Assembly: GCA_025361485.1 (NCBI GenBank) | Contig: JANYLA010000162.1 | Coordinates: 3,969-67,968 of the forward strand | DNA length: 64,000 nucleotides | Direction: 5' to 3' | Source of the DNA: Bacteroidales bacterium | GTDB lineage: Bacteria; Bacteroidota; Bacteroidia; Bacteroidales; Tenuifilaceae | In this document: positions 18,926 to 29,564 of the stretch, one piece after another | Position numbering within the stretch: the stretch's first letter is position 1 | How the letters are laid out: each line of letters opens with the position of its first letter | Translations under genes and position numbers: made by a program | Notes under the pieces: generated by a model | What the model was told of the DNA's origin: nothing | The model's database searches: none | The model's input: the letters and a program-made list of their open reading frames with translations, nothing else

Positions 18926-20800
18926 ATGATACCCTATCTACAAGTTGAGAATTTAACCAAATCGTTTGGCGATTTAGAACTATTTAAAGATATAAAGTTA
19001 ACTATTGGACAAGACCAGCGGGTAGGTATCATTGCACGCAATGGTGCAGGGAAATCTACGCTACTAAAGATAATTGCAGGAAAGGATACAGCTGACTCAG
19101 GTAATATCATTTTCAAAAGCGATTTACACATTGGTTACCTTGAACAAGAACCTGAACTAATTGAAAATGCTACAGTTATTGAAAATGTTTTTGCTTCGAA
19201 TGATAAAGTTGCATCGGCGATTCGTTCATACGAAAAAGCCCTAGCCAATGATGATAAAGATCTACTTCATCATTCAATTGAGGAGATGGATAGACTTTCA
19301 GCTTGGGATCATGAGGTGAAAGCTCGACAAATCCTATCAAAACTTCGATTGGATGATTTTAATAAACCTGTCTCGCAGCTATCTGGAGGACAGCGAAAAC
19401 GCGTAGCGCTAGCATCCACTTTAATCAATAACCCTGATTTTCTCATCCTCGATGAGCCTACAAACCACCTCGATTTGGATATGGTTGAGTGGCTCGAAGA
19501 GTATCTGCTAAAAAATAAAATTACCATACTAATGGTAACCCACGATAGGTTTTTTCTTGATAGGGTTTGTACAGATATCATTGAGTTTGACCAAAAGGAA
19601 TTATACTGGTATAAAGGAAACTATGCCTATTTCCTTGAAAAGCGACAGGAACGGATTTCATATCAAAATGCTGAGGTTGAAAAAGCATCAAATCTACTTC
19701 GAAAAGAATCGGAATGGATGGGTAGAATGCCACAAGCAAGAGGTACAAAGGCTAAATATCGTATTGATGCATTCTACCAAATTCAAGAAAAAGCAAGCCA
19801 ACGCCGTAACGATTCAGAGGTTGAAATCAACGTTAAATCGTCGAGATTAGGTAAGAAAGTACTTGAGATTAAATCAATATCTAAAAGTTTTGGTGATAAA
19901 GTGATTCTTAAGGATTTCTCATATATGTTCAATCGTACTGAGAAACTTGGTATCATCGGACAGAACGGTACAGGAAAATCAACTTTTTTAAATATCATTA
20001 CAGGAAACCTCCTCCCCGATTCAGGGGCTGTTGATCCTGGTGAAACACTTGTTGTTGGTTACTATAGGCAAGAAGGAATGAAAATCCGGGAAGACCAAAA
20101 GGTCATTGATGTTGCAAAGGAGATTGCCGAAGTAGTAACTCTTGGTGATGGTAAGGTTCTTACCGCATCGCAATTCCTAAATCTATTCTTATTTGCCCCC
20201 GAAACGCAATACTCATTTGTTAGTAAACTTAGCGGCGGTGAAAAAAGAAGACTCTTCCTTCTAACAATATTAATGCGAAACCCTAATTTCTTAATCCTCG
20301 ATGAGCCAACAAATGATTTAGATATCCTTACACTCAATGTTCTAGAAGATTATCTTCGAAATTTCGCAGGGGTTGTTATTGTGGTATCGCACGACCGCCA
20401 TTTTATGGATAAGGTTGTAGATGGCCTCTTAGTATTTGAAGGAGATGGAGAGATAAGCGGATTTCCAGGAAACTACTCCGATTATCGTGAATGGGCAAAG
20501 GAGAATGAGGTGAATCAAATAAAAGCGGTCAAGAAAAGTATTGATAAAACGGAAAAATCTAAGCCCGAACGGGAGAAGGTTAAAAAATTATCATTTAAAG
20601 AGAAACAAGAATTAGAGGCAATTACAATAGAAATAGCCGAATTAGAAGTTGAAAAGATTCAGCTTGAAACCGAGATTAGCAGCGGAACCCTCCCACACAA
20701 TACGATTACTCAGAAATCGGCCAGATATGGTGAAGTTATAAAAGCCATAGAGCATAAGAGTGAAAGGTGGTTTGAGCTAACCGAGATAGCCGAGGGTTAA
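18926..20800 (+). CDS. ABC-F family ATPase (Uup-like, two ABC domains plus C-terminal coiled coil)
   Basis: Two Walker A sites (ARNGAGKST, GQNGTGKST) and two signatures (LSGGQRKR, LSGGEKRR). No TM domain. The C-terminus is Lys/Glu-rich and coiled. The ORF-track start at 18908 is TTG, and I prefer the ATG at 18926. Confidence 0.85.
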   Translation: MIPYLQVENLTKSFGDLELFKDIKLTIGQDQRVGIIARNGAGKSTLLKIIAGKDTADSGNIIFKSDLHIGYLEQEPELIENATVIENVFASNDKVASAIRSYEKALANDDKDLLHHSIEEMDRLSAWDHEVKARQILSKLRLDDFNKPVSQLSGGQRKRVALASTLINNPDFLILDEPTNHLDLDMVEWLEEYLLKNKITILMVTHDRFFLDRVCTDIIEFDQKELYWYKGNYAYFLEKRQERISYQNAEVEKASNLLRKESEWMGRMPQARGTKAKYRIDAFYQIQEKASQRRNDSEVEINVKSSRLGKKVLEIKSISKSFGDKVILKDFSYMFNRTEKLGIIGQNGTGKSTFLNIITGNLLPDSGAVDPGETLVVGYYRQEGMKIREDQKVIDVAKEIAEVVTLGDGKVLTASQFLNLFLFAPETQYSFVSKLSGGEKRRLFLLTILMRNPNFLILDEPTNDLDILTLNVLEDYLRNFAGVVIVVSHDRHFMDKVVDGLLVFEGDGEISGFPGNYSDYREWAKENEVNQIKAVKKSIDKTEKSKPEREKVKKLSFKEKQELEAITIEIAELEVEKIQLETEISSGTLPHNTITQKSARYGEVIKAIEHKSERWFELTEIAEG

Positions 20801-20817
20801 GTAAAAGATGACAGGTT

Positions 20818-22143
20818 TTAGATGAAAGAGGAATGCCAAATGTTTTTTGTTTTCGGAGAAACCTTAAATCTATCGTCAATCCTTTTTCCTACAACCCAAA
20901 TAATTTCATCATTCGATGTCAAAACATAAATTTGGTCTTTCTCAACCAACGAAATTTTTTGGTCAATCAAGAAATCGCTTATCTTTTTGAATTTATCCAT
21001 TCCAAATGGCATAAACCTATCACCAGGCTGCCAAGGTCTAAGGTTAAGTGGAAAAGCTAGTTTGTCGTAGTCTAAAACTGCAATGTTTTTATCTCGCGGA
21101 ATTTCATCTAATTCAGACTCTTCTGATATCCTAAACCTAAGTTTAATGGGAAAATCAATTGATTTGCATTCCTTCTCGATCAGAGCAATTGATAAATCAA
21201 TTTCTTTCTTTTGAGTCAGAATAAAAAAATCCCTATCGCGAAGAAGCTGATGCGAAGAGGAATAAAATACCTTACCCGACTGACCATGAATTGATGCCAC
21301 AACCTGCTCAAGCGTTTCATACGAAAATCCAAAAGGGCTGAGTTCTTCAAACAAAAAGAGTTTGCTATACTTTTCATTCGACAAACCTCTAATATCAAAA
21401 AGAACCCGATCATTTTCCTGTTTAACAAGTTTTCCTTTCAGATTAATAAGATAATCTTCCACAAGATTCCATGCTTCATTGATATGCTTTGCCGTTTCGA
21501 AAATAGATTTCTTGGCAGATGGATTTAACTGCTCTAGTTCAGGAATTACTTTATGCCGGATTCTATTTCGTGCATACTTTACCGAAGCATTGCTAGAATC
21601 GTTTCGAAATGAAACATCATTTTGAACAGCATAGCGGGTAATCTCATCTCTGCTAGCAAAAAGTAAAGGTCGAATAATTTTACCATTAACGACTTTAATC
21701 CCCGACAAACCCTTTAAACCAGTTCCCCTAGTGAGATTAAGAATTAGCGTTTCAGCAACATCATCACGATTATGGGCAATGACTATTTTGGAGTAGCCAA
21801 ATTCATCGCAAAGCTTATTAAACCAATTATATCGAAGATTTCGTGCAGCAACTTGAATGGACAACTTATGCTCCTTTGCATAGCTTTCTGTTTCAAACTT
21901 TATTCGATGAAGCTTAATACTATTTATCTCGCATTCATGCTCAACAAGCATTTCATCACCATCGGACTCTTCGCCCCGTAATGAAAAATTGCAATGTGCC
22001 GCCGAAACAGTAAAACCTGCTTTACGAAACAAACTAAGCATTACCATAGAGTCTATTCCACCACTAACTCCAAGTAATATCTTATCGCTGGCTGAAACAA
22101 TATTATTATCTCGAATAAAATCGACAAACTTACTTTGCATCAA
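20818..22143 (-). CDS. tilS: tRNA(Ile)-lysidine synthetase
   Basis: PP-loop LGVSGGIDSMVM. Length 441 aa with a TilS C-terminal domain. Confidence 0.85.
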   Translation of the reverse strand: MMQSKFVDFIRDNNIVSASDKILLGVSGGIDSMVMLSLFRKAGFTVSAAHCNFSLRGEESDGDEMLVEHECEINSIKLHRIKFETESYAKEHKLSIQVAARNLRYNWFNKLCDEFGYSKIVIAHNRDDVAETLILNLTRGTGLKGLSGIKVVNGKIIRPLLFASRDEITRYAVQNDVSFRNDSSNASVKYARNRIRHKVIPELEQLNPSAKKSIFETAKHINEAWNLVEDYLINLKGKLVKQENDRVLFDIRGLSNEKYSKLFLFEELSPFGFSYETLEQVVASIHGQSGKVFYSSSHQLLRDRDFFILTQKKEIDLSIALIEKECKSIDFPIKLRFRISEESELDEIPRDKNIAVLDYDKLAFPLNLRPWQPGDRFMPFGMDKFKKISDFLIDQKISLVEKDQIYVLTSNDEIIWVVGKRIDDRFKVSPKTKNIWHSSFI

Positions 22144-23464
22144 TTATTTCAGCTTTTAGGGTGGTAAGAATAGCTCTAGCTTTGAGCAAACACTCCTGAT
22201 ACTCTTTCTCAGGATCGGAGTTAATCGTAATAGCGCTGCCTACGCTAAACGAGAGGTATTTTTTATCTTTATTATAAAGGAGGGTTCTGATTACTACATT
22301 CAAATCAAAATTATGATCAGGTGTTATATAACCAATGGAACCTGAATACAACCCTCTTTTTGTTCTTTCGAATTGCTCAATTAGCTGCATTGCTCTAATT
22401 TTAGGAGCTCCTGTCATTGAGCCCATTGGGAATGTAGCGTTAAGAACATCAACAAAATCATGTTCCTTTTTAAGTTTACAGGATATTGTTGAAATCATTT
22501 GAAATAGTTGTCGAAATGGGTATACACCACAGAGCTCATCCACGTTAACAGTTCCAACTTCAGCAATTTTCGATAAATCGTTGCGAACCAAATCAACAAT
22601 CATTATATTTTCTGCACGTTCTTTCGGATCGTTTTTTAAATGCTGTTTAAGGCTCTCATCCTCTTCAGGATCGATGCTACGAGTTATTGTTCCTTTAATT
22701 GGTTGGCTAACTATTGTATGACCTTTCTTCTTTAGAAAGCGCTCTGGGCTTGCAGAGATGATATAATTGTTCCCTTTTTTCAAAAAAGTAGCATAAGGGG
22801 TCGGAGAATATTTATTAAGGGCTATAAAAGTATCGGCAGGGTGTAATTCTGCATTATCATTATAAAACTCTTGGCAAAAATTCATCTCATAGATATCACC
22901 ACGCTGTATGTGATCCTTAATCTCGTTTACTGAATTGATATACTCCTCTTTCGAAAATCTCCCCATAAAATGATTTACAGTACTTCTGAAATCACCTTCA
23001 TCCCTTGGTCTATCAAAAAGTACTACAAGTTTATTCAACTCTTCAATGCCTGTTGTTTCTGGAAAGTATTTAACATTAAGCTTATCCTCTTTAAATAGCA
23101 TTACTATTTTAGGTTGAAAAAAGAACAGATCGCTAAACCCTAATCCATCAACATTTTCTGAGGTAAGCTTTTCAATTTCATTCTTAATATCATAACCAAT
23201 ATACCCGAAAATCCAATCGTTAACATCTGAATACTTCTGTCTTAAGGTATTTAATTTTTGAGTTGTTGGTTTACAGATGGTAAGGGCAGATAATCCGGCA
23301 AGAAAATCATAGCTGCTACGCACAGAGTTTTTATCCTCTTTAGATAAATAGCTGTTGCTTCGGAGGATAATTCCACAATCTATCGATTCAATATATCGAG
23401 TTAAATTATCGGCAAAATCCTCTGGATATGTTAGGTCATATTTTAGGATTTCTCTCATATGCAC
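22130..23464 (-). CDS. pabB: Aminodeoxychorismate synthase component I (chorismate-binding enzyme family)
   Basis: Chorismate-binding core: SPERFL, PMGSMTGAPK, RGLYSGSIGY. Overlaps the tilS start by 14 nt. Assignment as PabB rather than TrpE rests on size and context only. Confidence 0.7.
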   Translation of the reverse strand: MHMREILKYDLTYPEDFADNLTRYIESIDCGIILRSNSYLSKEDKNSVRSSYDFLAGLSALTICKPTTQKLNTLRQKYSDVNDWIFGYIGYDIKNEIEKLTSENVDGLGFSDLFFFQPKIVMLFKEDKLNVKYFPETTGIEELNKLVVLFDRPRDEGDFRSTVNHFMGRFSKEEYINSVNEIKDHIQRGDIYEMNFCQEFYNDNAELHPADTFIALNKYSPTPYATFLKKGNNYIISASPERFLKKKGHTIVSQPIKGTITRSIDPEEDESLKQHLKNDPKERAENIMIVDLVRNDLSKIAEVGTVNVDELCGVYPFRQLFQMISTISCKLKKEHDFVDVLNATFPMGSMTGAPKIRAMQLIEQFERTKRGLYSGSIGYITPDHNFDLNVVIRTLLYNKDKKYLSFSVGSAITINSDPEKEYQECLLKARAILTTLKAEIIDAK

Positions 23465-23503
23465 AAATATAATACTTTGAGAGAATAATCAATACTATTA
23501 AAA

Positions 23504-23534
23504 CAAAAAAGCCGCAGCTAAAAAAGCTGCGGCT
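23504..23534 (-). terminator. Rho-independent terminator downstream of the peroxiredoxin gene
   Basis: gccgcagc / gctgcggc 8-bp stem (23511-18 and 23526-33). On the minus strand it is followed by a U-tract (complement of the A-run at 23505-10). Confidence 0.75.
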
Positions 23535-23596
23535 TTAATCTATAAATTATAAAGTGACTAAAGTACTTCGAGTGCCTAGAGTACTTTTTATATAAA

Positions 23597-24232
23597 CTAT
23601 TTCCTTTCCGAAAGAAATTTTGAAACACCCTCTTGAGTTGGTTTCATAGCCTTATCACCCTTTTTCCAATTTGCGGGACAAACTTCGCCATTCTGTTCAA
23701 AGAACTGCAAAGCATCAACAATTCGTAATGCCTCATCAACACTTCGGCCCAAAGGCATGTCATTTACCAATTGATGACGAACTACACCTTTTTTATCAAT
23801 AATAAATAAGCCTCTATAAGATTGAGGAGTACCAGCAAATGAAACCTCTCCATTTTCTGCGTATTGATAATCACCAGCTAGCACATCATAATTCTCAGAA
23901 ATGGTTTTCGCTAAATCAGCTACAACTGGATAAGTAACACCTTTTATACCACCTTCATTTAATGGTGTTTGCAACCACTTCCAGTGAGAGAATTCGGAGT
24001 CAACAGAGCATGCCACAACAGCTGTATCGCGTTTTGCGAACTCACCGAGTTGCTCCTGAAATGCAAGAAGTTCAGTTGGGCAAACGAATGTAAAATCTGC
24101 AGGGTAAAAGAAAAAGAGAACATATTTTTTATTTAGGTATTGATCGAGGGAGAAGTTGTCAATAATCTCATTCCCGTTTACGACTGCTCTTGCCTTAAAA
24201 CTTGGTGCGTTTTTTCCTACTAATACTGCCAT
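23597..24232 (-). CDS. Typical 2-Cys peroxiredoxin (AhpC/Prx1 family)
   Basis: Peroxidatic Cys motif FTFVCPTE and resolving Cys in GEVCPANW. Confidence 0.9.
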   Translation of the reverse strand: MAVLVGKNAPSFKARAVVNGNEIIDNFSLDQYLNKKYVLFFFYPADFTFVCPTELLAFQEQLGEFAKRDTAVVACSVDSEFSHWKWLQTPLNEGGIKGVTYPVVADLAKTISENYDVLAGDYQYAENGEVSFAGTPQSYRGLFIIDKKGVVRHQLVNDMPLGRSVDEALRIVDALQFFEQNGEVCPANWKKGDKAMKPTQEGVSKFLSERK

Positions 24233-24307
24233 ATCATTTATTTTTTATTGTTTTTATTAAAAACAGAAATAACTCATAATTTGTTCAAGAAAGACAAAAG
24301 ATAAAGG

Positions 24308-26269
24308 TTATTCGAAAGGAAGTATTTGAGGCTCATTCGGTCTAAAATGCTCAAATCTAGTTCTTTGTTGCCCTGTTATCAACCAATAGGCTACATCTGC
24401 ATTTGAAGGTAGCCTTGGGTAATAACCTAATCGAATACTGATTGCATTTAATACTAAGTTTTCATTTCGAATCCTAACACCAATACCAAAACCCGAGAAT
24501 GATTGGTTGCCAATAACATAATCTTTTGCTGAGCCAATCATTCCAAAATCCCCAAATCCAAAAAAAGCGAAACGAAATCCATATAAATACAAAGGGCTGA
24601 AGGCAACCGTTTCGAGGTTAATAACAAGCCTTGTTGTCCCACTCATATCTCTACTCGACAATCCCCTAATCCCATTATTACTGTCAAGAAAAATTGATTC
24701 TCCTTCTTCGCCAGCACCATAAAAACGACTTATCCCTCTTGTATAATCGATTTTAACGAATTGCCTTAGCCGAACATTTCCTAATCGAAACAGGTTAGAA
24801 AAATAGGTTGTTCTTAAATTGGATGTTACCTGTTGAATTTGATTTTGAGTTGTTAAAAAACCACCCAGTCGAGCCGACGAAAAAATATATCCCCAAGGGG
24901 TTAGTTCAGCTGCTGAAAACTCATTTCCAATATAGTATCTGTTTTCAAATTCTCCTCTCTCTAATCCATTAGTAAACTGAATCCTAAAGCCAGTAGGAAT
25001 ATCCTCAGTAGAACCTAAAGAGTAAATTAAATTTGCTCTGAACAAATCCTGCTTAGTTAAGCTTAAGCCAATTAGATAGTATTCCTTATTATGAAAAAAA
25101 TAGTTCTGATTTGCTCCCACATTTGGGCGAACACTAAAGTATTTACTAATAAATCTAAAGCCTAAAACAAGGTTATGAGGCGATTTCAAAAAATCTTTCC
25201 TACTTACCCTAAACGATCTTCCTATCCAATAATCGTAGTTATTATAGCGTATTCTTTGAGTTTTATCAATGGTAAGAAAACTATACGGTTCGAAGCTTTT
25301 AAGAATACTTGCACCACCACCATATTTTGCTTTTGAAGCATAAAAATCTCTTTTAAAATTAAAGGCATATGTTTCGTATCCTTGTCCCCTACGTTCCCAA
25401 ACATTTCCATCAATGAATGAACCACCAATATTAAAAACACTTAATTCATATTTTCGACCAATATTTGTTTGTTTTCGGGAATCATAGTATAAATCACTGC
25501 TTAAATAAACTCCTAGGCCACCTAAATTTTTATCGTAAAGTTGAAGTTGACTAGAGTATTTATTTCCATAACGATAATCAATACCAATTGACCAAGCATC
25601 CTTGGTTATTACATTTACATCTACATAATTTGAATCGTTAGCACATGCTGCAACAACAATGTTAGCATCTTCAATAAAATCATGACTACGTAAAAGTTGT
25701 TCTGACTCTGCAAAGTCGACTGGGTTTAGAAAATCACCGACCTTGAAGAGTAATGTATTTCGAATTAAAAAATTTGCAGTTTTAATATGTAGTCTATTTC
25801 CTGAATTCTCGAGCCAAGAGGTTGGTGTGAGAGTAGAATCATAAACCGACTGTCCGAACGCATTTAGGCTTAAAAATTTGATGCTGTAGATTTTTTTTTC
25901 TTTATACTCTATGAACTTATCCATAGCGCTTGCTTTTGAAAATACTCTAGCCGCAATATCGATATTCTGCTTTCGAAAAAATAGTCCGTACAACTTTCTG
26001 GTTACATAATTCTTATTCGAACTTTTTTGAAGCCTAGTATAAATATCTTCCTTTTTATTCCGATTGTTTTGAAGAGTATCGAGGTTAATTTTCGTAACAA
26101 TGGTATCCTGTTCTAAATTAACTTTTGTATATTCTAATCTAACAAGATACCTTATAATATTTGTTGAATCAGGATTTGCTTGAAGATAATGACAATGAAA
26201 AAAAACCATCTTCAAAAGTAAGAAGATGGCTAGCCATTTATTTGAGATTATTTTTCTTTTACAATTCAT
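24308..26269 (-). CDS. Omp85/BamA-superfamily outer-membrane beta-barrel protein
   Basis: Signal peptide, aromatic-rich amphipathic strand pattern and an NGIRGLSSRDMSGTTRLVINLE (RG-type L6 loop-like) motif. 653 aa. Confidence 0.55.
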   Translation of the reverse strand: MNCKRKIISNKWLAIFLLLKMVFFHCHYLQANPDSTNIIRYLVRLEYTKVNLEQDTIVTKINLDTLQNNRNKKEDIYTRLQKSSNKNYVTRKLYGLFFRKQNIDIAARVFSKASAMDKFIEYKEKKIYSIKFLSLNAFGQSVYDSTLTPTSWLENSGNRLHIKTANFLIRNTLLFKVGDFLNPVDFAESEQLLRSHDFIEDANIVVAACANDSNYVDVNVITKDAWSIGIDYRYGNKYSSQLQLYDKNLGGLGVYLSSDLYYDSRKQTNIGRKYELSVFNIGGSFIDGNVWERRGQGYETYAFNFKRDFYASKAKYGGGASILKSFEPYSFLTIDKTQRIRYNNYDYWIGRSFRVSRKDFLKSPHNLVLGFRFISKYFSVRPNVGANQNYFFHNKEYYLIGLSLTKQDLFRANLIYSLGSTEDIPTGFRIQFTNGLERGEFENRYYIGNEFSAAELTPWGYIFSSARLGGFLTTQNQIQQVTSNLRTTYFSNLFRLGNVRLRQFVKIDYTRGISRFYGAGEEGESIFLDSNNGIRGLSSRDMSGTTRLVINLETVAFSPLYLYGFRFAFFGFGDFGMIGSAKDYVIGNQSFSGFGIGVRIRNENLVLNAISIRLGYYPRLPSNADVAYWLITGQQRTRFEHFRPNEPQILPFE

Positions 26270-26301
26270 CTTAACATTTAACCTAGGCTGTAAATAAAGG
26301 G

Positions 26302-26880
26302 TTAAATGGTTTCTTTAGCAAATTTTTTTGAGTTAATCTCAACTTTAAGAATAAAAAAGAAGTTTTCCTCATCGAGGGGAAGAAATTGGTAATCTAATGT
26401 TTCGCCCGTTTTTCTAGCAATGTCAATTAGGCCTAAACCAGCACCTCCCTTATTTGAAAGGCTACCCTCTTTGATTTGCCGTTTGTACATCTCTTTTAGT
26501 TCCTGAGCATTTGCACTATTAACAGAAATCAACGCTCTTTCAAGATGATCCTTATGATTTCTTGCTACTTTATTTGAGGTTATAACATAGTATGTATCAT
26601 TCTTTTTACCGACAATAAATAAACCGTTTCCGATATTACGTTCCTTGATTTCATCGGAATGTTTATTCATATTCTGTAATGTTTCTACCATTACATGATA
26701 AACCTTGCGTTGTACCGATCTTTCTTCGCTATTCTTCTCCATATCAGATTCGGCCATTGATGTAAACATCTTGGTTATTTCATGACTAAATTCACCTAAA
26801 TAAACCAATGAAAATCCATTCTCGATCATTTCATCATAAATGTTCGAAATCGACTTAATAAAGTTAAAAGTAAGGTTCAT
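26302..26880 (-). CDS. GHKL-type ATP-binding protein resembling SiaB-family protein kinases
   Basis: 192 aa. N-box-like VETLQNMNKHS and G-box-like NKGGAGLGLIDIARKTG. No HisKA or sensor domain. Confidence 0.45.
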   Translation of the reverse strand: MNLTFNFIKSISNIYDEMIENGFSLVYLGEFSHEITKMFTSMAESDMEKNSEERSVQRKVYHVMVETLQNMNKHSDEIKERNIGNGLFIVGKKNDTYYVITSNKVARNHKDHLERALISVNSANAQELKEMYKRQIKEGSLSNKGGAGLGLIDIARKTGETLDYQFLPLDEENFFFILKVEINSKKFAKETI

Positions 26881-27230
26881 GCAGATAGAAGTTAAGTTTA
26901 CCGTTATTGACTTTTTAGCATCCGGTTAAAGATAAATAATGATTAAAGAGTTTCCAAAAATTTTACTAAAAATAAAGAATCACTTAAATCCTCGACAGAA
27001 AAACAGTAAATTGTTGTACAACTTCATGAACCTTTGTATCTTATAACCTTTATTGCAAAACAAATAACTGCCGCATTGCTTACGCTGAAGCTTCAGCGAA
27101 GGCGCAAAGACTCAAACCTGCAGGCAGGCAGGTGCACAAAGTGATACTAAATTATTTTTGATATATTACTGACATAATATATATTATGCAATTAGTCTCT
27201 CAACCCTTAATTCGCAGTTATAAGGATTAT

Positions 27231-27926
27231 CTATTCAAGCACATCGTCTGAGTTAAACTTAAAACCTAAACGTTTACCCGTTTGAAGTTTTGAGTTCTCA
27301 ATCTTTGTATTCATTTGATTTACAGATGCTATTTTAACTACGTCGTATGGAGGGACAAGTAAATCAAATTCCAACGTATAAAGGATTGATGACTGAATAA
27401 TACTTATCAATGCCTCTTTATCAATGGTTGCTGAACCAAAATTATTGTAAAGAAAACCCATTTGACGTTTTCCTTCTACAAAATAGTGATAGTCTTTATT
27501 AATAAAAATCCTTCCGATTAGGTAACCTAAATCGTCCAAACGATTATACTTAAACGAATCACGCAGAAAGTTATAAACATTGATAATACCGCAGTACGAT
27601 GCATTTTTACCATCCTTCACATAGGATAACTTCCAAATATTGTGATCGCGATCAAACTGGAATACGTTAGAATGCATGCTGAATATTAGAATATCGCCTG
27701 CAACCCTTATCTCTGCTTCAAACTTACCTCTATCATGATATTCGAGTTTCACCCGTTTGTCAACCCCCTTAAAAGCAGCATTATAGTCTGAAGCCATTTC
27801 ATGAAGAACCTCTTTAATCAGGTTGAATGTTGCAAAGGTATTATCATACACCAGCTGCTTCATTCCCGATTTCTCTGAAAGATTATTCAGAATCAACTGC
27901 CTAGTTTCTTGTGGTTTTTGTTCCAT
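27231..27926 (-). CDS. Hypothetical protein downstream of proS
   Basis: 231-aa ORF with ordinary composition. No motif recognised. Confidence 0.5.
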   Translation of the reverse strand: MEQKPQETRQLILNNLSEKSGMKQLVYDNTFATFNLIKEVLHEMASDYNAAFKGVDKRVKLEYHDRGKFEAEIRVAGDILIFSMHSNVFQFDRDHNIWKLSYVKDGKNASYCGIINVYNFLRDSFKYNRLDDLGYLIGRIFINKDYHYFVEGKRQMGFLYNNFGSATIDKEALISIIQSSILYTLEFDLLVPPYDVVKIASVNQMNTKIENSKLQTGKRLGFKFNSDDVLE

Positions 27927-27990
27927 TGCTTCGAGAATTGATAAAAAAATATTTCAATTGAATAATTTAAAAATTATTTTGATAACTAAA

Positions 27991-29466
27991 CTAATAAGAA
28001 CGAGCAAAAATTACTCTTCTATTCGAGGGTTTACCGGTTAAAATACACTTTCCATCCTCACTTATTGCATCAAGGGGTATGCATCGAATTGTTGCCTTGG
28101 TTTCCTCTTTAATAACCTCTTCGGTTTCTTTTGTACCATCCCAATGGGCAAGAATAAAACCTCCTTTGCTATCAAGCACCTGCTTAAACTCCTCATAGGT
28201 TTCAACTTTAGTGGTATTATCGGTTCTAAAGTTAACTGCTTTATTGAAAAGATTATCCTGAATATCATTTAAAAGATTCTCGACAAATTCGGCAACTTCA
28301 GTCTGGTTCACAAACTGCTTAGTTAAGGTATCACGTCGAGCAATTTCAACGGTACCTTTTTCCAAATCTTTAGGCCCAATTGCGATTCGAACTGGATATC
28401 CTTTCATTTCATACTCAGCAAATTTGAATCCTGGCTTTAAATTATCTCTATCGTCATACTGAGTGGTAATTCCTTTAGCCTCTAATGATTTTTTTAGCTC
28501 GTGAACCTTTTCGCTAATTTTACTCAGCTCTTCGTCGGTCTTATAAATAGGTACAAAAACAACCTGCGTTGGAGCAAGCTTCGGAGGTAATACTAAACCA
28601 TTATCGTCCGAATGAGCCATGATTAAAGCCCCTACCAATCGGGTTGACACCCCCCACGAGGTAGCCCAAACATAATCAAGAGCACCCTCTTTACTTGTAA
28701 ACTTTACATCAAAAGCTTTAGCGAAATTTTGACCAAGAAAATGTGATGTACCAGCCTGTAAAGCCTTTCCATCTTGCATTAACGCTTCAATGCAATACGT
28801 TTCAACAGCACCAGCAAATCGTTCCGATTCTGATTTTGTACCGATTATAACTGGCATCGACATCCACTCCTGCGCAAATTTTGCATAAACGTTGACCATT
28901 TGTTCTGTTTCCGCAATAGCCTCTTGTTTAGTTGCATGTGCTGTGTGTCCCTCCTGCCATAAGAATTCGGCGGTACGCAGAAACAATCTTGTACGCATCT
29001 CCCAGCGAACAACGTTAGCCCATTGGTTTATAAGAATAGGTAAATCGCGATATGATTGAATCCAAGTACGGTATGTATTCCAAATAATTGTCTCGGAAGT
29101 TGGCCTAACAATCAATTCCTCCTCAAGTTTTGCATCAGGATCAACAATAACCCCTTTACCATTCGGATCATTTTTTAATCGGTAATGAGTAACTATGGCA
29201 CACTCTTTGGCGAAGCCTTCAACGTGGGAAGCCTCTTTACTAAAGAATGATTTTGGTATAAACAGCGGAAAATAGGCGTTTTGATGCCCTGTTTCCTTAA
29301 ACATTTTGTCGAGTTGTGCTTGAATTTTTTCCCAAATTGCAAATCCATAAGGTTTGATAACCATGCATCCTCTTACGGCTGAATGATCAGCCAACCCAGC
29401 CTTTAGAACGATGTCGTTATACCACTGAGAATAATTCTCACTTCTACTTGTAATTTCCTTAGCCAT
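27991..29466 (-). CDS. proS: Proline--tRNA ligase (archaeal/eukaryote-like type)
   Basis: 491 aa. Class II core (FRDE-like [15 protein letters not shown]), no bacterial INS editing insertion, C-terminal ProRS-C domain ending in Y. Confidence 0.9.
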   Translation of the reverse strand: MAKEITSRSENYSQWYNDIVLKAGLADHSAVRGCMVIKPYGFAIWEKIQAQLDKMFKETGHQNAYFPLFIPKSFFSKEASHVEGFAKECAIVTHYRLKNDPNGKGVIVDPDAKLEEELIVRPTSETIIWNTYRTWIQSYRDLPILINQWANVVRWEMRTRLFLRTAEFLWQEGHTAHATKQEAIAETEQMVNVYAKFAQEWMSMPVIIGTKSESERFAGAVETYCIEALMQDGKALQAGTSHFLGQNFAKAFDVKFTSKEGALDYVWATSWGVSTRLVGALIMAHSDDNGLVLPPKLAPTQVVFVPIYKTDEELSKISEKVHELKKSLEAKGITTQYDDRDNLKPGFKFAEYEMKGYPVRIAIGPKDLEKGTVEIARRDTLTKQFVNQTEVAEFVENLLNDIQDNLFNKAVNFRTDNTTKVETYEEFKQVLDSKGGFILAHWDGTKETEEVIKEETKATIRCIPLDAISEDGKCILTGKPSNRRVIFARSY

Positions 29467-29564
29467 CTGTACTTACTTGGTATGATTTTTGTTTTAAATC
29501 AGTTAATTGTTCAACAACAAAAATAACTAAATAAAACAATCTATCATAAAACTGGAGGTACGTT

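Noticed and set aside
23558-23590. Member of the heptamer-repeat family downstream of the peroxiredoxin gene
   Set aside because: On inspection it is a simple 8-bp inverted repeat (aaagtact / agtacttt) with a 12-nt loop, not a 7-nt periodic tract. It is probably part of a compound terminator.
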